Shown here: positions 47,472-56,660 of the stretch, piece after piece
How positions within the stretch are numbered: position 1 is the stretch's first letter
Layout of the letters: the number at the start of each line of letters is the position of its first letter
NCBI GenBank assembly: GCA_943359325.1
Contig: CALRHD010000003.1
Coordinates: 12,081-76,080, forward strand
Reading direction: 5' to 3'
From: Candidatus Uhrbacteria bacterium
Lineage (GTDB): Bacteria > Patescibacteriota > Patescibacteriia > UBA9934
DNA length: 64,000 nucleotides
Translations under genes and position numbers: made by a program
Notes under the pieces: generated by a model
Told to the model about the DNA's origin: nothing
Database searches by the model: none
The model's input: the letters and a program-made list of their open reading frames with translations, nothing else

Positions 47472-47977
47472 AGGACATTGCACATCTCACCTTGTACGAC
47501 GGTGAAGAACGCTATGCCGTTATTCGCGCCGATTACCGCGCATTTTTACCACGCATCGCGTTTGGCGTACTGTGGCTGTTGCTCCCGTTTTTCTTTTTCT
47601 TTTCACTTCTCCGCATGGGCGTCTTCGGTCTCGGGTTTGGTGCGGCACTGACCCTTAGTGCACTGCTGTACCTTTTTTCGCTTCGGGCGACGTGGCATGG
47701 CTCTGCACTTGTTGTTACGACGCTTCGCTGCATCGACGTCACTCGCCGTGGATTTCGCCGTGCGATCATTGCTGCGGTGCCGTGGAAATCCGTTACGGCT
47801 GTGCATGTCGATGCACAAACGGTGTGGCAAAAAGCATTCGGACTCGGAAGTGTTCGTGTTGACGTTGCAGATGCCGTGCCGTTTTCGTTCGTATTGTCGG
47901 GCGTCAACGATCCTCGTCGCATACAGGAACTTTTTGATGATGTACAATGTTTGCGGAGCCATAAAAAAGCCGTATGA
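47468..47977 (+). CDS. Membrane protein, possibly a bacterial PH (DUF304-like) domain
   Basis: ATGA overlap with murE. TM hairpin followed by a ~90-aa soluble domain. Confidence 0.45.
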   Translation: MKDIAHLTLYDGEERYAVIRADYRAFLPRIAFGVLWLLLPFFFFFSLLRMGVFGLGFGAALTLSALLYLFSLRATWHGSALVVTTLRCIDVTRRGFRRAIIAAVPWKSVTAVHVDAQTVWQKAFGLGSVRVDVADAVPFSFVLSGVNDPRRIQELFDDVQCLRSHKKAV

Positions 47978-48399
47978 CCGAACACGGCACGAACACGCGC
48001 ACCACGCTTCGCACTATTCGCCGACTTGGGACGATTGTTGTCGTCAATATTGTGGTGCTCACGTTTCTTGTGATGGGATTTGGGCGTGAGTATCTCCGTA
48101 ATCGTGAAATTTCACGCAACATTGCCGATCTTGAAGTGCAAAATGAACAACTTGCTACGAAGAAGCTCGCATCGCTCTCTGTCATTGAATCGCTATCGAG
48201 CGAGTATTATTTGGAAGGAGAAGCGCGGCGGAAACATGGACTCGCAAAGCCCGGTGAAGAACTGGTGATCATCAATGATGCAGAGGCAGCGACGGTGACA
48301 AAGGACGGTGAAGCGATGGAAGATGGTGGTGGGAATGCGGCGAAATGGTTTTTGTACTTTTTTGACCACGATACATTTGCCGATCGCCGCGAACTATGA
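47974..48399 (+). CDS. Septum formation initiator family protein (FtsB/DivIC-like)
   Basis: Single TM followed by a coiled coil (ISRNIADLEVQNEQLATKKLASL). Within dcw context. ATGA overlap with the previous gene. Confidence 0.6.
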   Translation: MTEHGTNTRTTLRTIRRLGTIVVVNIVVLTFLVMGFGREYLRNREISRNIADLEVQNEQLATKKLASLSVIESLSSEYYLEGEARRKHGLAKPGEELVIINDAEAATVTKDGEAMEDGGGNAAKWFLYFFDHDTFADRREL

Positions 48400-49226
48400 G
48401 TGTCGTGCACTATGCATCGCCTATTTCTGCTGACGTTCCACAACCCGTATCGCGACGGGTGGTGTGGAGCGTGAGTATTTTTTGTGCCATCGTCGGAGTC
48501 GTATGTACGATGTTGATACTATTTTTATATTTTGGTGCGCATCGTGGTTTTGCCTCGGTATTGGCACGAATTGTTCCAGTGCCAGCGGCGGTCGTTGATG
48601 GGCGTGTGGTGTGGTATAGCGAGGTGTCGGAACGAGCGAATGCGCTGGAGCGTATTTCGGGTGTACCGAGCGGCGAAGCGATGCATCGAGCGTTGCTGCT
48701 TTCTGAACGATATGCCGTGGTGAAGAATCTTTCAGATGAGTTACGTGTGACGCCCGAACCGTTTCATGCGGGGGAGAGCAGCCTTCCGCCACTGTATCAA
48801 GCAGTGTTGCGTCGGGAGTCGCGTCTTGAGGCGGCGGTGTTTTTAAGTGAACGTTTGCAGAGTGCCTCGCGATCGAAAATAGAGGCGATACAGCTCAAGT
48901 TGCAGCAGGGAATTGGGTTTGCGGATTTAGCAACGGAGTATAGCGAAGGTGACGCTGCAGTTTTCGGTGGCGACATTGGCTACGTCAACCCATCGATGTT
49001 GCCAGAAGAATTGCAGACTACGGCAAAAACGCTCGCAGCAGGAGAGACATCGAGCATTGTCGAAACGCCATACGGATTTTGGTTAGCAAAGGCGGAAGAT
49101 GTCATTGAGAGCGAAGGAGAGGAGCGACTCATTTTGCTGCGTGTTATTGAAATCAAAAAAGATTTGCTCGGTGATGTTGTCGACGCTGAGTTGCGACGTG
49201 TACGGGTGAGGGAGTTTCTCCGCTAA
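48396..49226 (+). CDS. Membrane-anchored parvulin-type peptidyl-prolyl isomerase (PpiC/SurA/PrsA-like)
   Basis: N-terminal TM. PPIC domain motifs FADLATEYSEGDAAVFGGDIGYV and ETPYGFWLAK. Confidence 0.7.
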   Translation: MSVVHYASPISADVPQPVSRRVVWSVSIFCAIVGVVCTMLILFLYFGAHRGFASVLARIVPVPAAVVDGRVVWYSEVSERANALERISGVPSGEAMHRALLLSERYAVVKNLSDELRVTPEPFHAGESSLPPLYQAVLRRESRLEAAVFLSERLQSASRSKIEAIQLKLQQGIGFADLATEYSEGDAAVFGGDIGYVNPSMLPEELQTTAKTLAAGETSSIVETPYGFWLAKAEDVIESEGEERLILLRVIEIKKDLLGDVVDAELRRVRVREFLR

Positions 49227-49261
49227 AACAAGAGCTCCCGAATAAGGTCGGGAGCAAAAGG

Positions 49262-49699
49262 CTAGAGGAGATATTTTTGGCGGATGAGGCGTTCGAGGGC
49301 CTGTTCGACGGCGCCTATGGGCGTTTCTGCGTAGTAGACCGCGCCCATGCTCACGGCGCAATATCGCTCGTTGGCCTCGAGGTAGGAGCTTCTGATGAGC
49401 GGTGCGCGGTGGAATCGGGTTGCATCACTGAGAAGTTCAAGGGTAAAGCATGCGTCAACGGCATTGCAGATCGCCGTGGCGAGGTCGCCTGCGCGGGTAA
49501 ACTCGGCTCGTATTTCTTCGTCGTGAATGATCCGCACTTCGATGTAGGAGCGAGTAGGGTCGAGCAGTGTGCACGCTCTCATGAGGAACGTGGTGCGGCC
49601 ATTAGCGTTGACAACGACTGTATTGGTTCTTTTATCACGGAAGATTGTGGCGTACTGACGTGAAGGAGCAGTTTGCACGGAGTCTCCATGTGTGTGCAC
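49262..49699 (-). CDS. Hypothetical protein, weakly TsaE(YjeE)-like with a degenerate Walker A
   Basis: TVVVNANGRTTFL aligns with TsaE TVIYLYGDLGAGKTTF but lacks the GxxGxGK residues. Downstream RFHRAPL and ERYCAVSMGAVYY resemble HFDLYRL and RDYFANDAICLVEW. The assignment is tentative. Confidence 0.35.
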   Translation of the reverse strand: MHTHGDSVQTAPSRQYATIFRDKRTNTVVVNANGRTTFLMRACTLLDPTRSYIEVRIIHDEEIRAEFTRAGDLATAICNAVDACFTLELLSDATRFHRAPLIRSSYLEANERYCAVSMGAVYYAETPIGAVEQALERLIRQKYLL

Positions 49700-49722
49700 A
49701 AGACTAGCAGAAAAGTCGGGGG

Positions 49723-49751
49723 TTGTCTATTTCGGTGTCGTTCGCTACACT
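49723..49751 (+). promoter_or_regulatory. Promoter TTGTCT-N17-TACACT for the tRNA-Gly/tRNA-Thr operon
   Basis: Correct spacing, about 15 nt upstream of the tRNA 5' end. Confidence 0.45.
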
Positions 49752-49766
49752 ACGGACGCTTTCCAT

Positions 49767-49841
49767 GCGGGAGTAGTTCAGTGGTAGAACGTCTGCTTCC
49801 CAAGCAGAAGGTCGCGGGTTCAATCCCCGTCTCCCGCTCCA
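49767..49841 (+). tRNA. tRNA-Gly (anticodon CCC)
   Basis: Acceptor GCGGGAG/CTCCCGC, anticodon loop TTCCCAA, T-loop TTCAATC and encoded CCA. Confidence 0.9.
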
Positions 49842-49875
49842 CTTCGCATTTATATAAGCTGAGAACGCCTCCATT

Positions 49876-49951
49876 GCCACTTTAGCTCAGTTGGTAGAGC
49901 AATGCTTTCGTAAAGCAGAGGTCCCGGGTTCGAATCCCGGAAGTGGCTCCA
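49876..49951 (+). tRNA. tRNA-Thr (anticodon CGT)
   Basis: Acceptor GCCACTT/AAGTGGC, anticodon loop TTCGTAA, T-loop TTCGAAT and encoded CCA. Confidence 0.9.
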
Positions 49952-49980
49952 AAAAAATCCGCATGATGCGGATTTTTTTG
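49952..49980. terminator. Bidirectional rho-independent terminator
   Basis: AAAAAAATCCGCATGATGCGGATTTTTTT. Confidence 0.6.
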
Positions 49981-50044
49981 TGCCACTTCAGTAGGCCAAC
50001 AGTTTTTTTGCGCGATGGAGATCGAGACCCAAAGAAGAACAATA

Positions 50045-50053
50045 TGTTATACT
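50045..50053 (+). promoter_or_regulatory. Extended -10 (TGtTATACT), 6 nt before the ftsE ATG (leaderless)
   Basis: aTGTTATACTactcgcATG. Confidence 0.4.
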
Positions 50054-50059
50054 ACTCGC

Positions 50060-50743
50060 ATGATACGTTTTTCGAACGTGAGTAAGCACTATCCACCGTC
50101 GACCACTGCGCTGCACGGAGTGAGTTTTCATGTTGAGCCGGGAGAATTTGTTTCCATTGTCGGACAAAGTGGCAGTGGGAAGACAACGCTCGCAAAATTA
50201 TTGTTTGCCGAGGAGCGGCCGACAACAGGGAAGGTTGTTGTTGGCGACTGGGACATTACCGACATTCATCGGCGCGACATTCCTGTGTTGCGTCGGCAGA
50301 TTGGCGTCGTGTTTCAAGACTTCAAATTGCTCGCACGGAAAACCGTGCACGAAAATGTTGCGTTTGCGCTCGAAGTGGCAGGGGCAACTTCGGCACGCAT
50401 TCGTGAAGTTGTGCCGCAGGTTTTAAAAATCGTCGGGCTTGGAGACAAAGCGGAGCGGTATCCCCGCCAGCTTTCGGGCGGTGAAGCGCAGCGCGTTTCT
50501 ATTGCTCGGGCGCTTGTTCACCGGCCGAAAATTATTGTCGCCGACGAACCCACAGGGAACCTCGACGCTATCACGTCGCGCGAAATCATCGACCTTCTGA
50601 AACGCATCAACGAGTTTGGCACCACCGTCGTCTTGGTGACGCACGACCGCGACATTGTGAACGCGCTCAAAAAACGTGTACTCACGATTCACCATGGTAA
50701 AGTCGTTTCTGACGTCGCGCACGGCAAATATACACTGGGATAA
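50060..50743 (+). CDS. ftsE: Cell division ABC transporter ATP-binding protein FtsE
   Basis: Walker A GQSGSGKTT, signature LSGGEAQR and Walker B IIVADEPTGNLD. Directly followed by ftsX. Confidence 0.85.
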   Translation: MIRFSNVSKHYPPSTTALHGVSFHVEPGEFVSIVGQSGSGKTTLAKLLFAEERPTTGKVVVGDWDITDIHRRDIPVLRRQIGVVFQDFKLLARKTVHENVAFALEVAGATSARIREVVPQVLKIVGLGDKAERYPRQLSGGEAQRVSIARALVHRPKIIVADEPTGNLDAITSREIIDLLKRINEFGTTVVLVTHDRDIVNALKKRVLTIHHGKVVSDVAHGKYTLG

Positions 50744-50744
50744 T

Positions 50745-51653
50745 ATGCGAACTTTTGCACGCATCATTCGATTTTCGCTCCAGAGCATTTGGCGCAATCT
50801 ATGGCTCTCGTTTGTGACGCTCACAATTTTTGCATTAACGCTCGTCATTGTGAACGTCGTTTTGTTTTTGCACATGACGGCGAACGCTGCACTTCGGTCG
50901 GTCGAAGATAAGGTGCAAGTTGCGGTCTATTTCAATCCGGGCACGTCGCCCGAAATGGAAGCGTCGGTGCGTGGTTATGTACTTGGGCTGCCACAAGTGA
51001 AAACGGTTGATGCGATAACCGCCGACGAGGCGCTTGCGACGTTCAAAACGCGGCATGCAAGTGATGCATCGGTACTTGCAGCGCTCGACGAAGTTGGTGG
51101 CAATCCGTTTGGTGATGCGCTTGTTATTTCGGCACGTTCGCCAGACGATTTTGCGTTTATTTTGGAGGCGGTCAAACGGCCGGAATATGTCGGTAGCATT
51201 AAGGAGACTGACTACACCGACTACAAAGACGTCATCGCGCGGCTCTCGCTTTTTTCCGAGCGCATTCGATGGAGCGGGCTAGCGCTTGCGGCATTTTTCG
51301 CGCTTATTTCTGTCATGATCATATTCAACTCCATTCGTATCGCCATTTATGTGCACCGCGATGAAATTGCAATCATGAAACTCGTTGGCGCACACGATTG
51401 GTTTGTGCGTGCGCCGTTTTTGCTCGAAATTGTTTTCCTTTCATGTATTGCAACGGCAGCGGTTGCAGGCGTGGTGCTTGCAACGGCGCACTCTATCGAC
51501 GGCTGGTTCTTGCGTTACATTGAAGCGGACATTAGTGTGTGGCACTACTTCTCCGCAAACGCGTTTACAATTTTCGGCGCGGAATTCCTTGCACTTTCCA
51601 TTCTCGGCCTACTCACCACGTACGTCGCCATGCGCCGACATTTACGGGTTTAG
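50745..51653 (+). CDS. ftsX: Cell division ABC transporter permease FtsX
   Basis: 4-TM FtsX topology with a large first periplasmic loop. Starts 2 nt after the ftsE stop. Confidence 0.85.
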   Translation: MRTFARIIRFSLQSIWRNLWLSFVTLTIFALTLVIVNVVLFLHMTANAALRSVEDKVQVAVYFNPGTSPEMEASVRGYVLGLPQVKTVDAITADEALATFKTRHASDASVLAALDEVGGNPFGDALVISARSPDDFAFILEAVKRPEYVGSIKETDYTDYKDVIARLSLFSERIRWSGLALAAFFALISVMIIFNSIRIAIYVHRDEIAIMKLVGAHDWFVRAPFLLEIVFLSCIATAAVAGVVLATAHSIDGWFLRYIEADISVWHYFSANAFTIFGAEFLALSILGLLTTYVAMRRHLRV

Positions 51654-53443
51654 CGCAGCGCATCAAGCTCACCGAGCAGGTGAAGCAATTCGTCCTCATC
51701 TTTTTTGAGTGTCGTGGTTATTTCCTTCAGCTCGTGATTTTTTTCAGGCGCGTAGTCGGTCGGGTTATCGAAGAAAAATTGCAGGAGTTCGCTTTTGCGT
51801 TTTTCTTTTTCCGCAATGCGTTTTTCGCAATGTTGCGCAGCGCGTTGTTTTTCGCGCAGTGCCATGCGTTTTTGCTGGCGATGTTCTTCTGGAGCATTGT
51901 CGCCTGCGACTTTTTCCGTTTCACCCGACACATCAGCGTCGAGAATATCTTCAAGCATCGCAACGTACTCTTCGTACGTTCCTGCATAATTTTTCGCCGT
52001 ACCGCCCTTTACTTCCACGATGCGCGTTGCAACGATGTTCACAAACGTACGGTCGTGACTCACAAAAATGACTGTGCCACCATAGAGACGGAGCGCAGTT
52101 GCAAGCGCTTCCGACGTTTCGACGTCTAAGTGGTTCGTTGGTTCGTCGAGGAGAAGAACATTGTGCTGCTGCAACAGGATACCTGCCAAACATAGCCGCG
52201 CTTTTTCGCCGCCCGAAAGTACGTCAATAGTTTTGGAAAGGTCGTCGCGTCGGAAGAGAAAATTTCCGGCCATGCGAAGTACATCTTCTTCACGTTTGTC
52301 TCCGGGAGCATTGCGGCGAAGGTATTCATCGACGCGTTCGCGAGAGTCGAGTGCTGCTTCGACGTGCTGCGCGTAGTAGCCAATGTCGGCACGGTGCCAC
52401 CATGCAACTTTGCCGTCGAGCGGTTTCAAATCGCCTGCAAGCGTTTTAAGAAGCGTTGTTTTCCCTTGGCCGTTGTTGCCGACGATAACGACACGTTCGC
52501 CTCGAGGAATGTCGAACGAAATATTTTCTGCGACAATATGATGCGCATAGCCTACGCTGAGTTTGTCTGCGCGCACCGCGCTGCCCGGCTTTGTAATAAC
52601 GACAGGGAGAGAAATTCGTGCCGTCGGCAGTGCATGGTCGATGCCAATCGTGTGCAACTTTGCAATCATTTTCATGCGCGCTTGTGCCTGTTTCGCTTTG
52701 GATGCTTTATAGCGAAAGCGGTCGACGTATTCTTGCAGGTGCGCTTTTTGTGCGAGCGTTTTTTTGTTCGATTTTTCTTGCCACGCGAGCAGCGCAAGTT
52801 TTTGCTCGAGAAATGTTTCGAGGTCGGCGTCAAGGAACGTCAGCCTACCGCGCTCCACTTCGAGCGTCGACGTGCACGTGCGTTTCAAAAATTCGCGATC
52901 GTGAGAAATGACGAGTGCACTGCCGCGATACGTTCGCAAAAAATGTTCGAGGAGGAGCAGCGTGGAGAGGTCGAGATAGTTTGTCGGTTCGTCGAGAAGG
53001 AGCAAGTTTGGTTCAGCAAGAAGCGTTGCTGCGAGTTTGACGCGCATGCGATAACCGCCAGAAAGTTCCGATGCGACACGCAAAAGCATGTCGCGCTTTA
53101 TTTGGAACTGTCCCGCCATTTTTGCGCATGCCCAGTCTTCTTTTCCCGACGTTCGCATGAGAAACGCGAGCACGGTTTCGCCCGTCGGGAATTCCGCATG
53201 TTGTTCAAGATAGCCAATGTGTGCGGCGGGGAGGTGCATAATTGTTCCGCTGTCGCACTCTTCTGTTCCAAGCATCAGTTTGAATAGTGTCGACTTTCCT
53301 GCGCCATTGCGCCCAATGACCGCGGTTTTTTGCGCGTCGCCAATTACCAAACCTGCTCCGTCAAAAATAACGTGGTTACCGAATTTTTTGAAGAGGTTGG
53401 TAATTTCGATAAGTGGGCGCATAGCGGCAAAAGGATAGCACAA
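51650..53443 (-). CDS. ABC-F family ATPase (tandem ABC domains, no TM domain)
   Basis: Two Walker A motifs (GRNGAGKSTLFK and GNNGQGKTTLLK), two LSGG signatures and a C-terminal coiled coil. The start is at 53443 or the Met at 53422. Confidence 0.85.
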   Translation of the reverse strand: MCYPFAAMRPLIEITNLFKKFGNHVIFDGAGLVIGDAQKTAVIGRNGAGKSTLFKLMLGTEECDSGTIMHLPAAHIGYLEQHAEFPTGETVLAFLMRTSGKEDWACAKMAGQFQIKRDMLLRVASELSGGYRMRVKLAATLLAEPNLLLLDEPTNYLDLSTLLLLEHFLRTYRGSALVISHDREFLKRTCTSTLEVERGRLTFLDADLETFLEQKLALLAWQEKSNKKTLAQKAHLQEYVDRFRYKASKAKQAQARMKMIAKLHTIGIDHALPTARISLPVVITKPGSAVRADKLSVGYAHHIVAENISFDIPRGERVVIVGNNGQGKTTLLKTLAGDLKPLDGKVAWWHRADIGYYAQHVEAALDSRERVDEYLRRNAPGDKREEDVLRMAGNFLFRRDDLSKTIDVLSGGEKARLCLAGILLQQHNVLLLDEPTNHLDVETSEALATALRLYGGTVIFVSHDRTFVNIVATRIVEVKGGTAKNYAGTYEEYVAMLEDILDADVSGETEKVAGDNAPEEHRQQKRMALREKQRAAQHCEKRIAEKEKRKSELLQFFFDNPTDYAPEKNHELKEITTTLKKDEDELLHLLGELDALR

Positions 53444-53466
53444 GGCTGCAATGTCGCGTATACTCG

Positions 53467-53934
53467 GTGTATATGACCATTATTATTTTAAAACTCTGGC
53501 TCTGGCGTGGGTTGAGCCTGTGTGTGTTTCTCATTATTTCGGCGATGCTTGTGTACGCATTTCGTCACTGGATGTCCGACAGACGGATGTTTGCGAACGG
53601 TTACACGACGTCGGCATTTGTCGAGAAAAAAGAAGCCATACATGTCGATGCACGAATCGGGACGCAACTCTACGTCACGGTTTCGTATCGTTTTGGCGAG
53701 GATTCGTATCGTAAGCGACTTCGTGTGAGTCAAGTTGCGTATGACGGCGTTACAGAGGGAACCAATACCACCATTATGTATAACGTCGAGGATGCATTTG
53801 GCGTCTATCTTTTGAATGACGCAACCCGTAGTGACGTCATGCAAAACTATCTTGCGCGATTTCTCATCGGCGGACTCTTCTGGGCATTCACTGCTTTCTG
53901 GGTCTACGCGACGTTTTTTTGGATAAAGCGATAA
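53467..53934 (+). CDS. Membrane protein (hypothetical; TM, beta-domain, TM architecture, DUF3592-like)
   Basis: N-terminal and C-terminal TM helices flank a ~90-aa domain. Confidence 0.45.
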   Translation: MYMTIIILKLWLWRGLSLCVFLIISAMLVYAFRHWMSDRRMFANGYTTSAFVEKKEAIHVDARIGTQLYVTVSYRFGEDSYRKRLRVSQVAYDGVTEGTNTTIMYNVEDAFGVYLLNDATRSDVMQNYLARFLIGGLFWAFTAFWVYATFFWIKR

Positions 53935-53950
53935 TGGGGTCAGGTCTTGC

Positions 53951-53979
53951 ATCCTGCATTTGATCTTCTGTAGTTTTTC
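53951..53979 (+). promoter_or_regulatory. Promoter TTGATC-N17-TACGAT for tRNA-Gln
   Basis: Correct spacing, about 38 nt upstream of the tRNA 5' end. Confidence 0.4.
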
Positions 53980-54017
53980 GCGTACGATCCTTGCGAAACA
54001 AGATGCAACAAGAGCGA

Positions 54018-54091
54018 TCCGGGATCGTCTAAAGGCAGGACAGCGGCCTTTGAAGCCGTGAATCGTGGTTCGAATCCACGTCCCGGAACCA
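54018..54091 (+). tRNA. tRNA-Gln (anticodon TTG)
   Basis: Acceptor TCCGGGA/TCCCGGA (U1:A72 as in Gln tRNAs), anticodon loop CTTTGAA, T-loop TTCGAAT and encoded CCA. Confidence 0.85.
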
Positions 54092-54175
54092 TCACGACCT
54101 GTTCCTACAGACCGGGACAGGGGGTGACCAGCAAAAAGCCCGAAGTCGCAAGACTCCGGGCTTTTGCGTTACTTG
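54086..54175 (+). repeat. attL-like left copy of a ~90-bp direct repeat (tRNA-Gln 3' end plus downstream terminator)
   Basis: GAACCATCACGACCTGTTCCTACAGACCGGGACAGGGGGTGACCAGCAAAAAGCCCGAAGTC ... GGGCTTTTGC. Confidence 0.55.
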
Positions 54176-54375
54176 ATTGTTTGGTGATTCTTACTCTATT
54201 GCAGTATTATGTCTGTGTTCATTGAAGTGGAATTGGAGCTGGCGAGCAGGTGCGGTCAGCCGCTGAGGTGTTGAGTTAGCTAGGCGGGTTCAGACCCCTC
54301 CCGAGAGCATCGTAGATAGTGCTTTTGGGCGGGGGTTGTCTTGAACCCCTGATCTAATTCTTAACACCAAACGAT

Positions 54376-54549
54376 ATGGCCAAAAAAGTCATCGTTCGCA
54401 CTGGTGGAATTGCACCCACTTCGGGTCAGTACCATCCGTCTGGTAGTCGCGACGAGGTTACCCTTGTAAAGGGAAAACGCGTCCCGCCTAACAACGAAGG
54501 TGTTCGCCAAACGTTTACGCTGGTCGATAAGACCAAGCATAAACGCTAA
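54376..54549 (+). CDS. Small hypothetical protein (57 aa)
   Basis: MAKKVIVRTGGIAPTSGQYHPSGSRDEVTLVKGKRVPPNNEGVRQTFTLVDKTKHKR. Below the ORF-track length cutoff, but the codon usage fits the islet. Confidence 0.3.
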   Translation: MAKKVIVRTGGIAPTSGQYHPSGSRDEVTLVKGKRVPPNNEGVRQTFTLVDKTKHKR

Positions 54550-54599
54550 GCAAACGTAAATCCTTCTCGTCAGCTTTAAAACCGTTTCAGAATCTGTTT

Positions 54600-55463
54600 A
54601 TGAGAAATAAATTTATCGACGGGGTTTTTGAAGCCACCAATCAGGAGGAGCCATTTGTTTATCTTGAAAAGAAGTTCGGCAAACTTTCAGAAAAAACTCT
54701 GAAAGAAAATTTGATTCAGTTCGGGGTACTACCCGAGGTATTCAAGCACGATAGTTCCGAGGAGAAAAATTGGGCAAAATTATCTGACATCATCCTTGCT
54801 CAGGCATTGAGTTATTTGGATATCCCGTCCGAAGTTTTAAGAACTCGTGGAAATTCTGCCGATGTTTTTGGTCGATCAAAAAAGTACACGATTATTGGAG
54901 ACGCAAAAACGTTTCGTCTCAGCAGAACCGCGAAGAATCAAAAAGATTTCAAGATTAAAGCACTGGATGATTGGCGACGAGAGAATACTTACGCCATCTT
55001 GGTTTCACCGCTTTCACAGTATCCGACAACGAACAGCCAGATATATTTTCAAGCGATTGATAAGAACGTTACTTTACTTTCTTACCTTCACCTCAAATTA
55101 CTTTTGGATTTCGGAATTAAAAATGACAAGTTGGAAAAACTGTGGTGCGTTGGCCGTGCTTTGAAAACGGAAACCAAGGCCGCGGACCATGCCAAGGCTC
55201 GTCCGTATTGGCAAAAGGTGAATGAGACTGTTTGTGAGATTGCGAACGTTGGAATGGAGAAAATCCTCGAATATAAGGATGCGGAAATTCAAATAACCCG
55301 CGATCTTGGACATGAAGGTATTCGATATTGGGAGACCAAAATTGAAGAATGCAAGCAGCTGCCAAAGGCCGAGGCAATTCGCCGGTTGATTAAGGCGGAA
55401 AAATTCGAATCAAAAATCGTCACAATCAAAAAGGCGATTCGATTTGAAGAGGTTGCAGTATGA
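54600..55463 (+). CDS. Putative type II restriction endonuclease (PD-(D/E)xK-like)
   Basis: ADVFG ... KYTIIGDAKTFRL fits a D ... (D/E)xK core. ATGA-coupled to the methyltransferase gene. AT-rich. Confidence 0.45.
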   Translation: MRNKFIDGVFEATNQEEPFVYLEKKFGKLSEKTLKENLIQFGVLPEVFKHDSSEEKNWAKLSDIILAQALSYLDIPSEVLRTRGNSADVFGRSKKYTIIGDAKTFRLSRTAKNQKDFKIKALDDWRRENTYAILVSPLSQYPTTNSQIYFQAIDKNVTLLSYLHLKLLLDFGIKNDKLEKLWCVGRALKTETKAADHAKARPYWQKVNETVCEIANVGMEKILEYKDAEIQITRDLGHEGIRYWETKIEECKQLPKAEAIRRLIKAEKFESKIVTIKKAIRFEEVAV

Positions 55464-56371
55464 ACAATCCATACCTAAACAAAATCACTCTTGGTGACTG
55501 TATTCAGCACCTTTCAAAACTTGAAAAAGGGTCTGTTGATTTGTTTTTATCGGATATTCCCTACGGAATAAGCCTCGATGAGTGGGATGTTCTTCACAAC
55601 AACACAAATTCAGCGTTACTTGGCCAATCACCGGCGCAGGTCGGGAAAAGTGGTTTCAAGAAACGTGGCAAACCGATTAACGGTTGGTGTGAGGGCGATA
55701 AAAATATCGGAAAACAATACGAGGATTGGGTTTATAGCTGGTCACAACAACTCCTCCCCGTAATGAAAAAAGGCAGCAGCCTATATGTCTTTGGTGCGCG
55801 GCGGACCTTACATAGGGTTATAAATGCTTTTGAAAATTCGGGATTCCTGCTGCGTGATGTTTTGGCGTGGAAGAAAAATTCAGCTCATCATCGAGCTCAA
55901 CGACTCAGCGGTATTTTTGAAAAGCGAGGGCTTAAAAAAGAAGCAATCGACTGGGATGGTTGGAGACTGGGCAACCTCGCTCCGATCTATGAGCCGATCG
56001 CTTGGTTTTTTAAACCCTACGACTACACAATTACTGATAACATCCTTGAGCACGGTGTTGGAGCTCTTAACATGGACGGTGTAAAACTAAACGGGATCAG
56101 TCCTACTAATCTCCTCGAGTATGGTTTCCGAGCTGACGAAGAACGAATACATGAAGCGCAAAAGCCTGAAAGTTTAATCGAATTTCTCATTAAACTTTCT
56201 TCTCGCGAGGGTAATGTCATTCTAGATCCATTCATGGGAAGCGGGACTACGGCTGTATCGGCAAGCAAAATGGGTAGAGATTATATTGGTTTTGAGTTGA
56301 TAGAAGACTATTGGAAAAAATCACAAGAGCGTTTAAAAAATGCTGAAAAGCAGGCAGTACTTTTTAGGTAA
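55460..56371 (+). CDS. Site-specific DNA methyltransferase (N6-adenine or N4-cytosine, beta-class)
   Basis: Motif IV SDIPYG near the N-terminus and motif I DPFMGSGTT near the C-terminus. AdoMet-MTase domain order typical of PF01555. Confidence 0.8.
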   Translation: MNNPYLNKITLGDCIQHLSKLEKGSVDLFLSDIPYGISLDEWDVLHNNTNSALLGQSPAQVGKSGFKKRGKPINGWCEGDKNIGKQYEDWVYSWSQQLLPVMKKGSSLYVFGARRTLHRVINAFENSGFLLRDVLAWKKNSAHHRAQRLSGIFEKRGLKKEAIDWDGWRLGNLAPIYEPIAWFFKPYDYTITDNILEHGVGALNMDGVKLNGISPTNLLEYGFRADEERIHEAQKPESLIEFLIKLSSREGNVILDPFMGSGTTAVSASKMGRDYIGFELIEDYWKKSQERLKNAEKQAVLFR

Positions 56372-56465
56372 TTTGTAGTGGTTCTATCCGACCGGGACAG
56401 GGTTGGTGAGCATATAGAAGGGTGTCCTAAAGCCCCCTCAAGGGCCTCAAGCGAGACCGGGCCGC

Positions 56466-56555
56466 AGAACCATCACGGAACGTTCCTACATGACCGGAAT
56501 GCTTCGTGACCAGTAAAGACCCGAAGTCTCACGACCTCGGGTTTTTGCTTTGTGC
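56466..56555 (+). repeat. attR-like right copy of the ~90-bp direct repeat
   Basis: GAACCATCACGGAACGTTCCTACATGACCGGAATGCTTCGTGACCAGTAAAGACCCGAAGTC ... CGGGTTTTTGC. Confidence 0.55.
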
Positions 56556-56660
56556 GGTTGTTTGGCGACCCTTAGTTTTTCCTAGTCTTTTCGACGATAC
56601 CAACTTGTCATCGCCAGCGGCGATCATGACGACGGCTCCACTTTTTGCTACACTGTTGGC

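Larger units (their letters stand above)
54092..56555 (+). mobile_element. Small tRNA-Gln-associated islet carrying a type II restriction-modification system
   Basis: Bounded by imperfect ~90-bp direct repeats. The cargo is AT-rich. No integrase lies inside. Confidence 0.5.

Noticed and set aside
49277-50085. + strand ORFs 49277..49663, 49673..49885 and 49891..50085
   Set aside because: The first is antisense to the better TsaE-like ORF. The other two run straight through the tRNA-Gly and tRNA-Thr genes and the terminator.
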